Assembly (NCBI GenBank): GCA_964447495.1
Contig: CAYUTF010000004.1
Location: 1-64,000 of the forward strand
Origin: an uncultured archaeon
GTDB taxonomy: Archaea > Asgardarchaeota > Lokiarchaeia > Sigyniarchaeales > SOKP01
Direction of reading: 5' to 3'
Length of the DNA stretch: 64,000 bases
A model generated the notes under the pieces. It worked only from the letters and a program-made list of their open reading frames with translations. It did not search any database and was not told the DNA's origin. Position 1 is the first letter of the stretch, and each line of letters starts with the position of its first letter. Below are positions 8,853 to 18,566 of the stretch, piece after piece. The translations under genes and the position numbers were made by a program.

Positions 8853-10546
8853 TGCCTAAAAGAAAAGAAGAGGAAAAAGTTGATATTGGAGTTTTTGTGT
8901 GTCATTGTGGAACAAATATAGGAGGGGTAGTTGATTGTGAGAAACTCGCAGAATACGCAAAAACATTACCTAATGTTTCTTATAGTGAACATAATTTGTA
9001 TACTTGTTCTGAGACAGGATTAGCAGCAATAAAAAAAGCTGTAGAGGAAAATGGTCTGAATCGGGTAGTAGTTGCGTCATGTACCCCAAGGACACATGAA
9101 CCATTATTCAGAGAATGTATTGAAGAAGCAGGATTAAATCCTTATCTTTTTAATTTCGTAAATATTAGAGATCAATGTACTTGGGTTCATATGAAGAATC
9201 CAAAAGCTGCTTTTGAAAAATCAAAAGATCTAATTAGAATGGGAGTTTCTAAAGCTGAAAAGCTCGAAGAATTAGAAAAGATTGTTGTTGAAATTAACCC
9301 AAGTGCTTTAGTTATAGGAGGTGGAGTTTCCGGTATAAATTGTGCTCTAAATTTGAATAATCAAGGATTTAAAACCTTTTTAGTGGAAAAGGAATCAGAA
9401 TTAGGTGGGAGACTAAGATCATTGTATAAATTGTTCCCTAGTGGTCAAGAAGCTTCAAGTTTATTAAATGAATTAATTGATAGAGTTAAAAATGCCAAAA
9501 ATTTAACTGTATATACATCATCTAAACTTAAGAATGTAAATGGTTTTATAGGAAATTTTGAAATAGAACTTGAACAAAGAAAACAGCTTATAAATCTAAA
9601 TGTAGGTGTTATTATTGTAGCTGTTGGTTCTACTCCCTATAAACCTATAAATTTATTTAATTATAATAGTAAAGATATTATTACACAATTGGAATTAGAG
9701 AGTAGGTTAATTGAGGATAATCTTCAAGCAAATAATGTTGTTATGATCCAATGTGTAGGTTCGAGAAATATTGAAAGAGAGTACTGTTCAAATGTATGTT
9801 GTATGACGGCTTTAAAAAATGCATTAATTATTAAAGAAAAAAATCCCAATACAAATATTTCTATTATATTCAGAGATATCTATACTCCTGGAACATTATA
9901 TGAAGAATATTACAGGAAAGCAAGAGAAGCGGGAGTATTATTTATAAGATATTCACCTGATAAGCAACCAATTGTCGAGAAGAATATGGTGAAAATTTAT
10001 AATCAATATATCAATGATGAGATAGTTATTCCTTATGATCTTGTAGTATTATCGACCCCGTTGATAGCAAATGAAGATAATAAAGAGTTTTCTCAGTTAT
10101 TAAAAGTCCCTCTGGAAGAAAATAAGTTCTTTTTAGAAGCTCATGTGAAGCTACGTCCAATTGATTTTGCTACAGATGGAATTTATATATGTGGTTCAGC
10201 AAAATGGCCTACAGATATTGCAGAAGCAACAACACAAGGATTAGCGGCTGCATCGAGGGCAAGCACAATCCTATCGCATAAAACAATTAAAGTGGAAGGA
10301 TCCACAGCGTATTTACCAGAATGGAATAAAAATTTATGCAAGGGTTGTGAAGTTTGTATAAAGATATGTCCATATAATGCAATTGTGAAAGATGAGAATG
10401 ATGAAATTCAGATTATTCAAGCACTCTGTAAGGGTTGTGGTACATGCGCGTCTACTTGTACTAAAAAAGCAATTGTAATTCGCCATTTCACGAATGAGCA
10501 AATACTCTCTGAAATTCTTGCTTTTGGAGGTGAAAAAGTAGCATGA
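8852..10546 (+). CDS. hdrA: Heterodisulfide reductase subunit A-like (C-terminal half of a split large HdrA)
   Basis: GVFVCHCGTNI, VASCTPRTHEPLF, NIRDQCTWVH, IGGGVSG, YCSNVCC, FFLEAHVKLRP and C-terminal 2x[4Fe-4S]. Confidence 0.88.
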   Translation: MPKRKEEEKVDIGVFVCHCGTNIGGVVDCEKLAEYAKTLPNVSYSEHNLYTCSETGLAAIKKAVEENGLNRVVVASCTPRTHEPLFRECIEEAGLNPYLFNFVNIRDQCTWVHMKNPKAAFEKSKDLIRMGVSKAEKLEELEKIVVEINPSALVIGGGVSGINCALNLNNQGFKTFLVEKESELGGRLRSLYKLFPSGQEASSLLNELIDRVKNAKNLTVYTSSKLKNVNGFIGNFEIELEQRKQLINLNVGVIIVAVGSTPYKPINLFNYNSKDIITQLELESRLIEDNLQANNVVMIQCVGSRNIEREYCSNVCCMTALKNALIIKEKNPNTNISIIFRDIYTPGTLYEEYYRKAREAGVLFIRYSPDKQPIVEKNMVKIYNQYINDEIVIPYDLVVLSTPLIANEDNKEFSQLLKVPLEENKFFLEAHVKLRPIDFATDGIYICGSAKWPTDIAEATTQGLAAASRASTILSHKTIKVEGSTAYLPEWNKNLCKGCEVCIKICPYNAIVKDENDEIQIIQALCKGCGTCASTCTKKAIVIRHFTNEQILSEILAFGGEKVA

Positions 10547-11313
10547 CCTTTGAACCAAAAATATTGGGATTTTTATGTAATTGGTGTTCTTATGCAGGGG
10601 CTGATTTAGCGGGAGTAAGTCGAATTCAATATCCGCCTAATATTAGAGTGATACGTGTTATGTGTTCAGGTAGAGTTGATCCTGAATTTATTTTTCAAGG
10701 TTTTCAAACGGGAATTGATGGAATAATAGTTATGGGATGCCATCCTGGAGATTGTCATTATTTGGAAGGCAATTATGAAGCAGAAAAGAAATTTGAAATG
10801 GTCGAGAAGTTATTACATTTTATTAATTTTGATAGTAGAGTACGATTAGAATGGGTGTCTGCTTCCGAAGGTAATCGCTTTGCTGAAATAGTTACTGAAT
10901 TTACAAACAAGATTAAAGACCTTGGACCATCTCCAGTTAATAATTCAACTAAAGCTCAAGATTTAATAAAGCAATTAAAAGCACTTGAGATGTCGGCAGT
11001 AAGTTATCGACTTCGAGCACTAGTAGGACGAGAAAGAGCGATCACTGAGCAAGAGAATGTGTACGGTGAAAGAGTAAGTATGGAGAAATTTAACAATGTA
11101 TTCGAAAATGCTATTTATGATGAATATATGCGAAATAGAATATTAATCTCATTAGAAGAGGATAGTAAATCAGTAAAGGATTTAGCAATCGAATTAGAAA
11201 TTGATCCTAGCCAAATTTTAGGTCATATTTTAATATTGAAAGGAAGAAGTCAAGTTGCTATGGATAAAATAGTAGGGATAACACCCTTATATGTAAATAC
11301 AATGGAGGGTTAA
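10543..11313 (+). CDS. mvhD: MvhD [2Fe-2S] subunit with C-terminal winged-helix-like extension
   Basis: FLCNWCSYAGADLAG, VMCSGRVD, GCHPGDCHY and WVSASEG. About 120-aa extension ending RILISLEEDSKSVKDLAIELEIDPSQILGHILILK. Confidence 0.85.
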   Translation: MTFEPKILGFLCNWCSYAGADLAGVSRIQYPPNIRVIRVMCSGRVDPEFIFQGFQTGIDGIIVMGCHPGDCHYLEGNYEAEKKFEMVEKLLHFINFDSRVRLEWVSASEGNRFAEIVTEFTNKIKDLGPSPVNNSTKAQDLIKQLKALEMSAVSYRLRALVGRERAITEQENVYGERVSMEKFNNVFENAIYDEYMRNRILISLEEDSKSVKDLAIELEIDPSQILGHILILKGRSQVAMDKIVGITPLYVNTMEG

Positions 11314-11315
11314 AA

Positions 11316-14300
11316 ATGGATAAAGTTGGAGCAGTTATGGTTTTAGGAGCCGGAATTGGTGGATCTCAAGCTGCATTAGATTTAGCAGATTCAGGATATA
11401 AGGTATATCTTGTGGAATCAACAACCAGTATTGGTGGTGTGATGGCGCAATTAGACAAAACATTTCCTACAAATGATTGTGCAATATGCATAGTTTCTCC
11501 GAAATTAGTGGAAGCTGGTAGACATCCGAATATTGATATTAAAATAAATTCTGAAATTACCAATGTTGCTGGTGAAGTGGGCAATTTTAATATTAATTTG
11601 ATAGAACATACATTATTCATAGACCCAGATAAATGTACTGGATGTGGTGTTTGTGGCCAAGAGTGTCCTGTGGAAGCAATAGACTTATTTAACGAAGGTT
11701 TATCATCTAATAAAGCCACTTCAGTTAAATATCCACAAGCAGTCCCTCTGGTATATGCAATTAATAGAGACAATTGTATAGGATGTGGCATTTGTAAAGG
11801 AGTGTGTAAAGCAAAAGCCATCGATTATGAGCTTAAAAGTAAAAATACCCAATTAAATGTTGGATCTATAATATTAGCTTTAGGATTTGATGAATTTCAA
11901 CCTCAGAGTTTAAAACATTATGGTTATGGAAAATATAAAAATGTTGTTACCAGTATTCAATTTGAAAGAATTTTAAGTGCTAGTGGCCCTTATTCGGGTA
12001 TTGTATTGCGCCCCTCCGATGGAAATACGCCTCATAAAGTAGCTTTCTTGCAGTGTGTGGGATCCCGAGATCCTAAATTTGGGAAAGAATATTGTTCATC
12101 TGTTTGTTGTATGTATACTGCCAAAGAAGCAGTAATAGCTAGAGAGCATATGGCAGGATTAGAAGCTACAATATTTAGTATGGATATACGAGCATATGGG
12201 AAAGATTTTGATAAATATATTGAACGTGCTCAGGAGGAGTATGGTGTTAAATATGTAAGAAGTAGAATCTCCTCAATTGAAGAAATTCCTGGAACAAAAG
12301 ATTTAAGGCTCATTTATGAGTCAAACGATGGAAAAATAGTTAAGGAAATCTTTAATATGGTAGTGCTAGCCGTAGGGTTAAATCCTCCTAAAGATGCTAA
12401 TTCTATATCTAGCAAGTTCGGAATTGAATTAAATGAATATGGATTTTTAAAAACTGAACCTTTAAGACCGGTTGAAACTGGTAAACCGGGAGTTTATGTA
12501 TGTGGCGCTTGTTCCTCACCTAAAGATATTCCGGAAACTGTAATTGAGGCTAGCGCTGCAGCTGGAAAAGTAAATATCGATTTATCATCAGTTCGGAGTA
12601 CATTAGTGAAAGCGAAAGAATATCCCGATGAAATAGATATAAGTGGTCAACCAATTCGAATAGGAGTCTTCGTATGTCATTGCGGAATAAATATTGGAGG
12701 TTATGTAGATGTCCCAGCAGTAGTAAAATATGCTGAAACTTTACCAGATGTAGCATATTCTGAACGGAATCTATATACTTGCTCCGCAGATACTCAAGCT
12801 TTAATTAAAGAAAAAATCAAACAATATAATCTTAACCGTGTAATTGTTGCATCATGTACACCTCGTACACATGAGCCTTTATTTCAAGAAACTATAAGAG
12901 AAGTCGGGTTGAATAAGTATCTTTTTCAAATGACGAATATTCGTGATCAATGTTCTTGGGTTCATATGCACGAACCTGAAAAAGCTACTCAAAAAGCTAA
13001 AGATTTAGTTAGGATGGCTGTGGCAAAAGTTCGGTTAAATGTTCCGTTGTCCACCGTTCCATTAAAGGTAAATCCAAGTGCTTTAATTATAGGTGGTGGA
13101 GTAGCAGGAATGACTGCTGCTCTTAATTTTGCTCAGCAAGGTTTTAAGACAATTATTGTTGAAAAAGATAAGAAACTTGGAGGATTTTCATCAAAAATTT
13201 ATGAAACTCTTGAAAGAGATAATGTTCAAGTGTTTTTAGATGATTTAATTGATAAAGTTAAAAATAAAGACCTTATTCAAGTATATCTTGAATCAGAAAT
13301 AGAAGATATCGATGGATATATAGGAAATTTTAAAACATCTTTGATTCAACGTCAATCACAAGAAAAAGTAGAAATTGAACATGGAGTTATTATTGTAGCT
13401 ACTGGCGCGAGAGAATATATACCGAATGAATATCTTTATGGAATTAATCCAAATGTCATTACTCAACAAGAACTCGAAACTAAAATTTTTCAAAACGAGG
13501 ATTTATCAACTTTAAAGTCAATTGTTATGATCCAATGTGTAGGATCAAGAAATGAAGAACATCCTTACTGTAGTAGAATGTGTTGCTCTGAAGCAATAAA
13601 AAATGCTCTAAAAGTGAAAGAAAAGTATCCCGATAAAGAAATTACAATATTGTATAGAGACATAAGAACATATGGTTTTAAAGAGAAGTATTATAGGGAG
13701 GCACGTGAAAAAGGGATACTATTTATTAGATTTTCTAAGGATGCTCCACCAGAGTTGATAACTGAAAATCAACATTTAAAAATTCTTATTAAAAATAAAA
13801 AACTGGGAGAAATTTTAATTAATACTGATTTATTAGTTTTGAGTACTGGGATTGTTGCTCCAGGTCATGATAATGAGATTTTAGCAAAAATGCTAAAAGT
13901 TCCTTTGAATGAAGATAAGTTCTTTTTAGAGGCTCATGTTAAGTTGAGACCTGTCGATTTCGCTACTGAAGGCATATTTTTATGTGGAACAGCCCATGGT
14001 CCAGCAACTATTAGTGAAAGTATTGCTCAAGCAAATTCAGCAGTTTCAAGAGCTACAATAATACTATCGAAAGATACATTGATGATCGGAGGAGTTGTAT
14101 CCAATGTTAATAAAGATCTATGCACTGGATGCAAAATTTGTGTTAGAATCTGCCCTTTCAATGCAATTGTAAAAGATGAGGAAGGTTTCGCTTATGTTCA
14201 AGAAGCTTTATGTAAGGGATGTGGATTATGTGGTGCAAGTTGCCCTGAAAAGGCAATATCTATTAAGCATTTTACGAATGAACAGATATTATCCGAAATT

Positions 14301-14330
14301 TATGCTTTAGGGGGTAAAGTGGTAGAATGA
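11316..14330 (+). CDS. hdrA: Large (double-module) heterodisulfide reductase subunit A
   Basis: Two FAD-binding modules (LGAGIGG; IGGGVAG), AQLDKTFPTNDC, CHCGINI, SCTPRTHEPLF, EAHVKLRP and several ferredoxin motifs. Confidence 0.9.
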   Translation: MDKVGAVMVLGAGIGGSQAALDLADSGYKVYLVESTTSIGGVMAQLDKTFPTNDCAICIVSPKLVEAGRHPNIDIKINSEITNVAGEVGNFNINLIEHTLFIDPDKCTGCGVCGQECPVEAIDLFNEGLSSNKATSVKYPQAVPLVYAINRDNCIGCGICKGVCKAKAIDYELKSKNTQLNVGSIILALGFDEFQPQSLKHYGYGKYKNVVTSIQFERILSASGPYSGIVLRPSDGNTPHKVAFLQCVGSRDPKFGKEYCSSVCCMYTAKEAVIAREHMAGLEATIFSMDIRAYGKDFDKYIERAQEEYGVKYVRSRISSIEEIPGTKDLRLIYESNDGKIVKEIFNMVVLAVGLNPPKDANSISSKFGIELNEYGFLKTEPLRPVETGKPGVYVCGACSSPKDIPETVIEASAAAGKVNIDLSSVRSTLVKAKEYPDEIDISGQPIRIGVFVCHCGINIGGYVDVPAVVKYAETLPDVAYSERNLYTCSADTQALIKEKIKQYNLNRVIVASCTPRTHEPLFQETIREVGLNKYLFQMTNIRDQCSWVHMHEPEKATQKAKDLVRMAVAKVRLNVPLSTVPLKVNPSALIIGGGVAGMTAALNFAQQGFKTIIVEKDKKLGGFSSKIYETLERDNVQVFLDDLIDKVKNKDLIQVYLESEIEDIDGYIGNFKTSLIQRQSQEKVEIEHGVIIVATGAREYIPNEYLYGINPNVITQQELETKIFQNEDLSTLKSIVMIQCVGSRNEEHPYCSRMCCSEAIKNALKVKEKYPDKEITILYRDIRTYGFKEKYYREAREKGILFIRFSKDAPPELITENQHLKILIKNKKLGEILINTDLLVLSTGIVAPGHDNEILAKMLKVPLNEDKFFLEAHVKLRPVDFATEGIFLCGTAHGPATISESIAQANSAVSRATIILSKDTLMIGGVVSNVNKDLCTGCKICVRICPFNAIVKDEEGFAYVQEALCKGCGLCGASCPEKAISIKHFTNEQILSEIYALGGKVVE

Positions 14331-15097
14331 GTTTCGAACCAAAAATATTGGGATTTTTATGTAATTGGTGCTCTTATGCAGGGGCTGATTTAGCGGGAGT
14401 AAGTCGTATTCAATACCCGCCTAATATTAGAGTGATACGGGTTATGTGTTCAGGAAGAGTCGATCCTGAATTTATTATTCAAGGATTTCAAACAGGAATT
14501 GATGGAATAATAGTTATGGGATGCCATCCTGGAGATTGTCATTATTTAGAAGGAAATTATGAAGCTGAAATGAAATTTATGATGGTTGAAAAGTTTCTTA
14601 AATTTATAGATTTTGATACAAGAGTAAGATTAGAATGGGTAAGTGCTTCTGAAGGTAATCGATTTGCTGAAGTAGTTACTGATTTTACAAATTCTATTAA
14701 AAAGTTAGGACCTTCGCCTGTTAATGGAGCAAAACCTGATAGAGCATTACTAGATAAATTAAATGCAATATTATTAGCAATAGGAAGCTATAGAATGAGG
14801 GCTCTTGTGGGGAGAGAAAGAATGATTACTGAGCATGAAAATGTATATGGAGATAAAGTTTCTTTAGAAAAATTTAACGATATTTTTGATAAAGCTATTC
14901 ATGATGAATATTTGCGCCATCGAATTTTAATATCGCTTGGAAACGATTCAAAATCAGTAAAAGATTTAGCTATCGAATTAGAAATTGATCCTAGTCACAT
15001 TTTAGAACATATTTTAATATTGAAAGGAAGAAGTCAAGTTGCTATGGATAAAATAGTAGGGATAGCACCCCTATATGTAAATACAATGGAGGGTTAA
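14327..15097 (+). CDS. mvhD: MvhD [2Fe-2S] subunit with C-terminal winged-helix-like extension (paralog of 10543..11313)
   Basis: Same motifs, same 256-aa length and near-identical termini as the first copy. Confidence 0.85.
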   Translation: MSFEPKILGFLCNWCSYAGADLAGVSRIQYPPNIRVIRVMCSGRVDPEFIIQGFQTGIDGIIVMGCHPGDCHYLEGNYEAEMKFMMVEKFLKFIDFDTRVRLEWVSASEGNRFAEVVTDFTNSIKKLGPSPVNGAKPDRALLDKLNAILLAIGSYRMRALVGRERMITEHENVYGDKVSLEKFNDIFDKAIHDEYLRHRILISLGNDSKSVKDLAIELEIDPSHILEHILILKGRSQVAMDKIVGIAPLYVNTMEG

Positions 15098-15099
15098 AA

Positions 15100-18000
15100 A
15101 TGGATAAAATTGGAGCGGTAATGGTGGTAGGAGCAGGAATTGGTGGCTCTCAAGCATCTTTAGATTTAGGTGATGCTGGTTATAAGGTATATCTTGTTGA
15201 ATCATCAACTAGTATTGGCGGTGTGATGGCACAACTAGATAAAACATTTCCTACAAATGACTGTGCCATGTGTATAGTATCTCCTAAACTTGTGGAAACA
15301 GGACGACATAATAACATTGATTTATTCATAAAATGCAAAATTTTAGATGTGCAAGGCGATGCCGGGAATTTCACAGTAAAAATCCTAAAAAATTCATTAT
15401 ATATTAATATGGATAAATGTACTGGATGTGGTGTTTGTGGTCAGAAATGTCCTGTGGAAGCAATAGATGTTTTTAATGAAGGTTTATCAAAATACAAAGC
15501 AACCTCTGTGAAATACCCGCAAGCGGTACCTCTAGTCTATGCAATAAATAAAGATTATTGTATTGGCTGTGGAGTTTGTGAAGGTGTGTGTAAAGCAGGA
15601 GCAGTAGAATATGATTTAAAAGATCAAGAAGTGACACTTAACGTTGGAGCCATAATATTAGCACCAGGTTTTGATGAATTTGACCCTACTCCTATAAAGC
15701 GTTTTGGCTATGGAAAGTTTAAAAATGTTGTCACAAGTATCCAATTTGAGCGTATATTAAGTGCAAGTGGTCCTTATGCCGGTAAAATATTACGGTCATC
15801 TGATGGTGATGTACCTGAGAAAGTTGCATTTTTGCAATGTGTCGGATCAAGGGATTTAAATGAAGGACAGCCTTATTGTTCATCTGTCTGTTGCATGTAC
15901 ACAGCTAAAGAGGCTGTTATTGCAAAAGAACATATGGATCAAGTAAATCCTACTATATTTTCAATGGATATTCGAGCGTATGGGAAAGATTTTGATAAAT
16001 ATATAGAACATGCCAAGGAAGAATATGGTGTAAGGTATATTAGGAGCAGAATTTCTTCCATAAAGGAAAATCCTTCTACTAAAGATTTAATTTTAAATTA
16101 TGAAGCTGAAGATGGTAAAATTGTGCAAGAGATTTTTAATATGGTGGTGTTAGCAGTTGGATTAAACCCACCAAATGATGCCGAGTTCCTTGCAGAAAAA
16201 TTTGGTATAGAATTAAATGAATACAAATTTGCGAAAACAGAAATCTTTAATCCTGTTCAGACTTCTAGAGCTGGAATATATGTATGTGGTGCTTTTTCTT
16301 CACCTAAAGATATTCCTGAAACGGTCACTCAAGCAAGTGCCGCTGCAGGCTGTGTGAATTCTTTATTATATGATAAAAGGGGTACTTTAATAACAGAAAA
16401 GATATTGCCTCCTGAAATATTTGTAGCAGGACAACCTCCAAGAATAGGAGTATTTATATGTCATTGTGGAATTAATATTGGGGGATATGTAGACGTTCCT
16501 GAGGTTACTCGTTATGCGACTACCCTCCCAAATGTTGTCTTAGGAGATCGAAACTTGTATACTTGTTCTGCTGACACTCAAACTATAATTAAAGATAAGA
16601 TTAAGGAATATAATCTGAATCGGGTAATTGTTGCGTCATGTACACCACGTACGCACGAACCACTATTTCAAGAAACCATAAGGGAAGCAGGTTTAAATAG
16701 ATACTTATTTCAGATGGCTAATATTCGAGATCAATGTTCCTGGGTTCATATGCATCAACCAGAAAAAGCAACTGAAAAAGCTAAAGATTTGGTTAGAATG
16801 GCAGTTAATAAAGCTCGAGAAATCCAACCTCTTGAAAGAATAAAACTTGGCGTCATTCCTAAAGCTTTAGTCATTGGAGGAGGTATTACTGGAATGACAG
16901 CTGCTCTAAACTTTGCTAGTCAAGAATTCGAAACTTATATTATCGAGAAAGGAGAAGAATTCGGAGGTCATGCTCGTCATATTTATAAAACCCTTGAGGG
17001 TGGAGATGTTCAAAAATATTTAACCACACTTATTGAAAAGGTAGAAAATAATCCTCTCATTCATGCGTATACACAAGTAGAGATTGAGAATATTAATGGT
17101 TATATTGGGAATTTTAAAACTTCAATTTTATATGGTAAAGATAAAAAACGGATCGAATTTGATCATGGAGTTGTAATAGTTGCCACTGGAGCGGATGCGT
17201 ATCAACCAAAAGAATATTTGTATGGTGAAGATGACAGAGTAATAACTCAATCTGAATTTGAGCAAGTATTAAATGAAACTGATGGAATAAATAAAATAAA
17301 TAAAATTGTTATGATACAGTGTGTTGGATCGAGAAATGAGGAGCATCCATACTGTAGTAAAATGTGTTGTGCTGAAGCGATTAAAAATGCTCTTATGGCT
17401 AAAGAAATGAATCCGTTAACAGAAATTGTAATACTTTACAGAGATATCAGGACTTATGGTTTTAAAGAGAAATATTATCGTTTGGCTAGAGAAAAAGGAA
17501 TCGTATTTATTAGATATGAAAAAGATAATTTACCTCAAGTTAATATAAATGAAGGGCATTTAGAAGTTGCATTAAAAACACCAAAATTGGGAAATATATC
17601 CCTAGATTCTGATATTGTGGTTTTGAGTGCAGGAATAGTAGCTAATAAAGAACAAAATGAACAACTTGGTAAAATACTAAAAGTTCCGATAAATGATGAT
17701 AAATTCTTTCTCGAAGCTCATGTTAAATTACGTCCTGTTGATTTCGCAACAGAGGGCGTATTTGTTGCAGGATTAGCTCATTTTCCTAAACCAATTGAGG
17801 ATTCGATTTCACAAGCTAATGCTGCTGTATCAAGAGCATGCACTATTATCTCAAAGAAAGAAATTGAAGCAGAAGGTAAAGTTGCTACCATCAACATGGC
17901 TCGATGCGTTGGATGTGGTATGTGTGTAGAAAATTGCGCATATAACGCAATAGAGTTAATAGAAGATAGAAGATTTGGTAGAGTTGCTTCAATCAATCAA

Positions 18001-18111
18001 GCATTATGCAAAGGTTGTGGAGCTTGTTCAGGGAATTGTAGATGTTCAGCAATAGATATTTTAGGTTTTAGTGCGGAACAAATTTTTGCCATGATAAGTG
18101 GGAGGTTATGA
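15100..18111 (+). CDS. hdrA: Large (double-module) heterodisulfide reductase subunit A
   Basis: Colinear paralog of 11316..14330 with all HdrA motifs. Confidence 0.9.
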   Translation: MDKIGAVMVVGAGIGGSQASLDLGDAGYKVYLVESSTSIGGVMAQLDKTFPTNDCAMCIVSPKLVETGRHNNIDLFIKCKILDVQGDAGNFTVKILKNSLYINMDKCTGCGVCGQKCPVEAIDVFNEGLSKYKATSVKYPQAVPLVYAINKDYCIGCGVCEGVCKAGAVEYDLKDQEVTLNVGAIILAPGFDEFDPTPIKRFGYGKFKNVVTSIQFERILSASGPYAGKILRSSDGDVPEKVAFLQCVGSRDLNEGQPYCSSVCCMYTAKEAVIAKEHMDQVNPTIFSMDIRAYGKDFDKYIEHAKEEYGVRYIRSRISSIKENPSTKDLILNYEAEDGKIVQEIFNMVVLAVGLNPPNDAEFLAEKFGIELNEYKFAKTEIFNPVQTSRAGIYVCGAFSSPKDIPETVTQASAAAGCVNSLLYDKRGTLITEKILPPEIFVAGQPPRIGVFICHCGINIGGYVDVPEVTRYATTLPNVVLGDRNLYTCSADTQTIIKDKIKEYNLNRVIVASCTPRTHEPLFQETIREAGLNRYLFQMANIRDQCSWVHMHQPEKATEKAKDLVRMAVNKAREIQPLERIKLGVIPKALVIGGGITGMTAALNFASQEFETYIIEKGEEFGGHARHIYKTLEGGDVQKYLTTLIEKVENNPLIHAYTQVEIENINGYIGNFKTSILYGKDKKRIEFDHGVVIVATGADAYQPKEYLYGEDDRVITQSEFEQVLNETDGINKINKIVMIQCVGSRNEEHPYCSKMCCAEAIKNALMAKEMNPLTEIVILYRDIRTYGFKEKYYRLAREKGIVFIRYEKDNLPQVNINEGHLEVALKTPKLGNISLDSDIVVLSAGIVANKEQNEQLGKILKVPINDDKFFLEAHVKLRPVDFATEGVFVAGLAHFPKPIEDSISQANAAVSRACTIISKKEIEAEGKVATINMARCVGCGMCVENCAYNAIELIEDRRFGRVASINQALCKGCGACSGNCRCSAIDILGFSAEQIFAMISGRL

Positions 18112-18563
18112 AAATGAATGAAGTTATAATAGAAGAAGCACAAGAAAAAGAATGGGAACCTAAAATTATAGCTTTCTTATGTAATTGGTGTTCTTATGCA
18201 GGAGCGGACCTAGCGGGAGTGAGTAGGATTCAATATCCACCTAATATAAGAATAGTTAGAGTTCCTTGTTCAGGACGTTTAAATCCCTTCTTTTTAATTA
18301 GAAGTTTAGTTGATGGATGGGATGGTGTTTTAGTTTCAGGATGTCATCCCGGAGATTGCCATTATATTAGTGGAAATTTAGTTGCTCGAAGGAGATTTGC
18401 GATTCTTAACGATTTATTAGAATTTTTTGGGATAGAACCTGGAAGGGTGAATTTCATGTGGGCTTCTGCGGCTGAAGGAGAACGATTTGCAGTTTTGGTG
18501 CGTAAAGCTACAGCGATTGTTAAAAAGTTAGGACCCAATAAGAAATTTAAAAAAGAGTGGTAA
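18108..18563 (+). CDS. mvhD: MvhD/FlxD [2Fe-2S] subunit (standard length)
   Basis: AFLCNWCSYAGADLAG, VPCSGR, GCHPGDCHY and WASAAEG; precedes the flxC/B/A-like genes. Confidence 0.88.
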   Translation: MKMNEVIIEEAQEKEWEPKIIAFLCNWCSYAGADLAGVSRIQYPPNIRIVRVPCSGRLNPFFLIRSLVDGWDGVLVSGCHPGDCHYISGNLVARRRFAILNDLLEFFGIEPGRVNFMWASAAEGERFAVLVRKATAIVKKLGPNKKFKKEW

Positions 18564-18566
18564 AAT

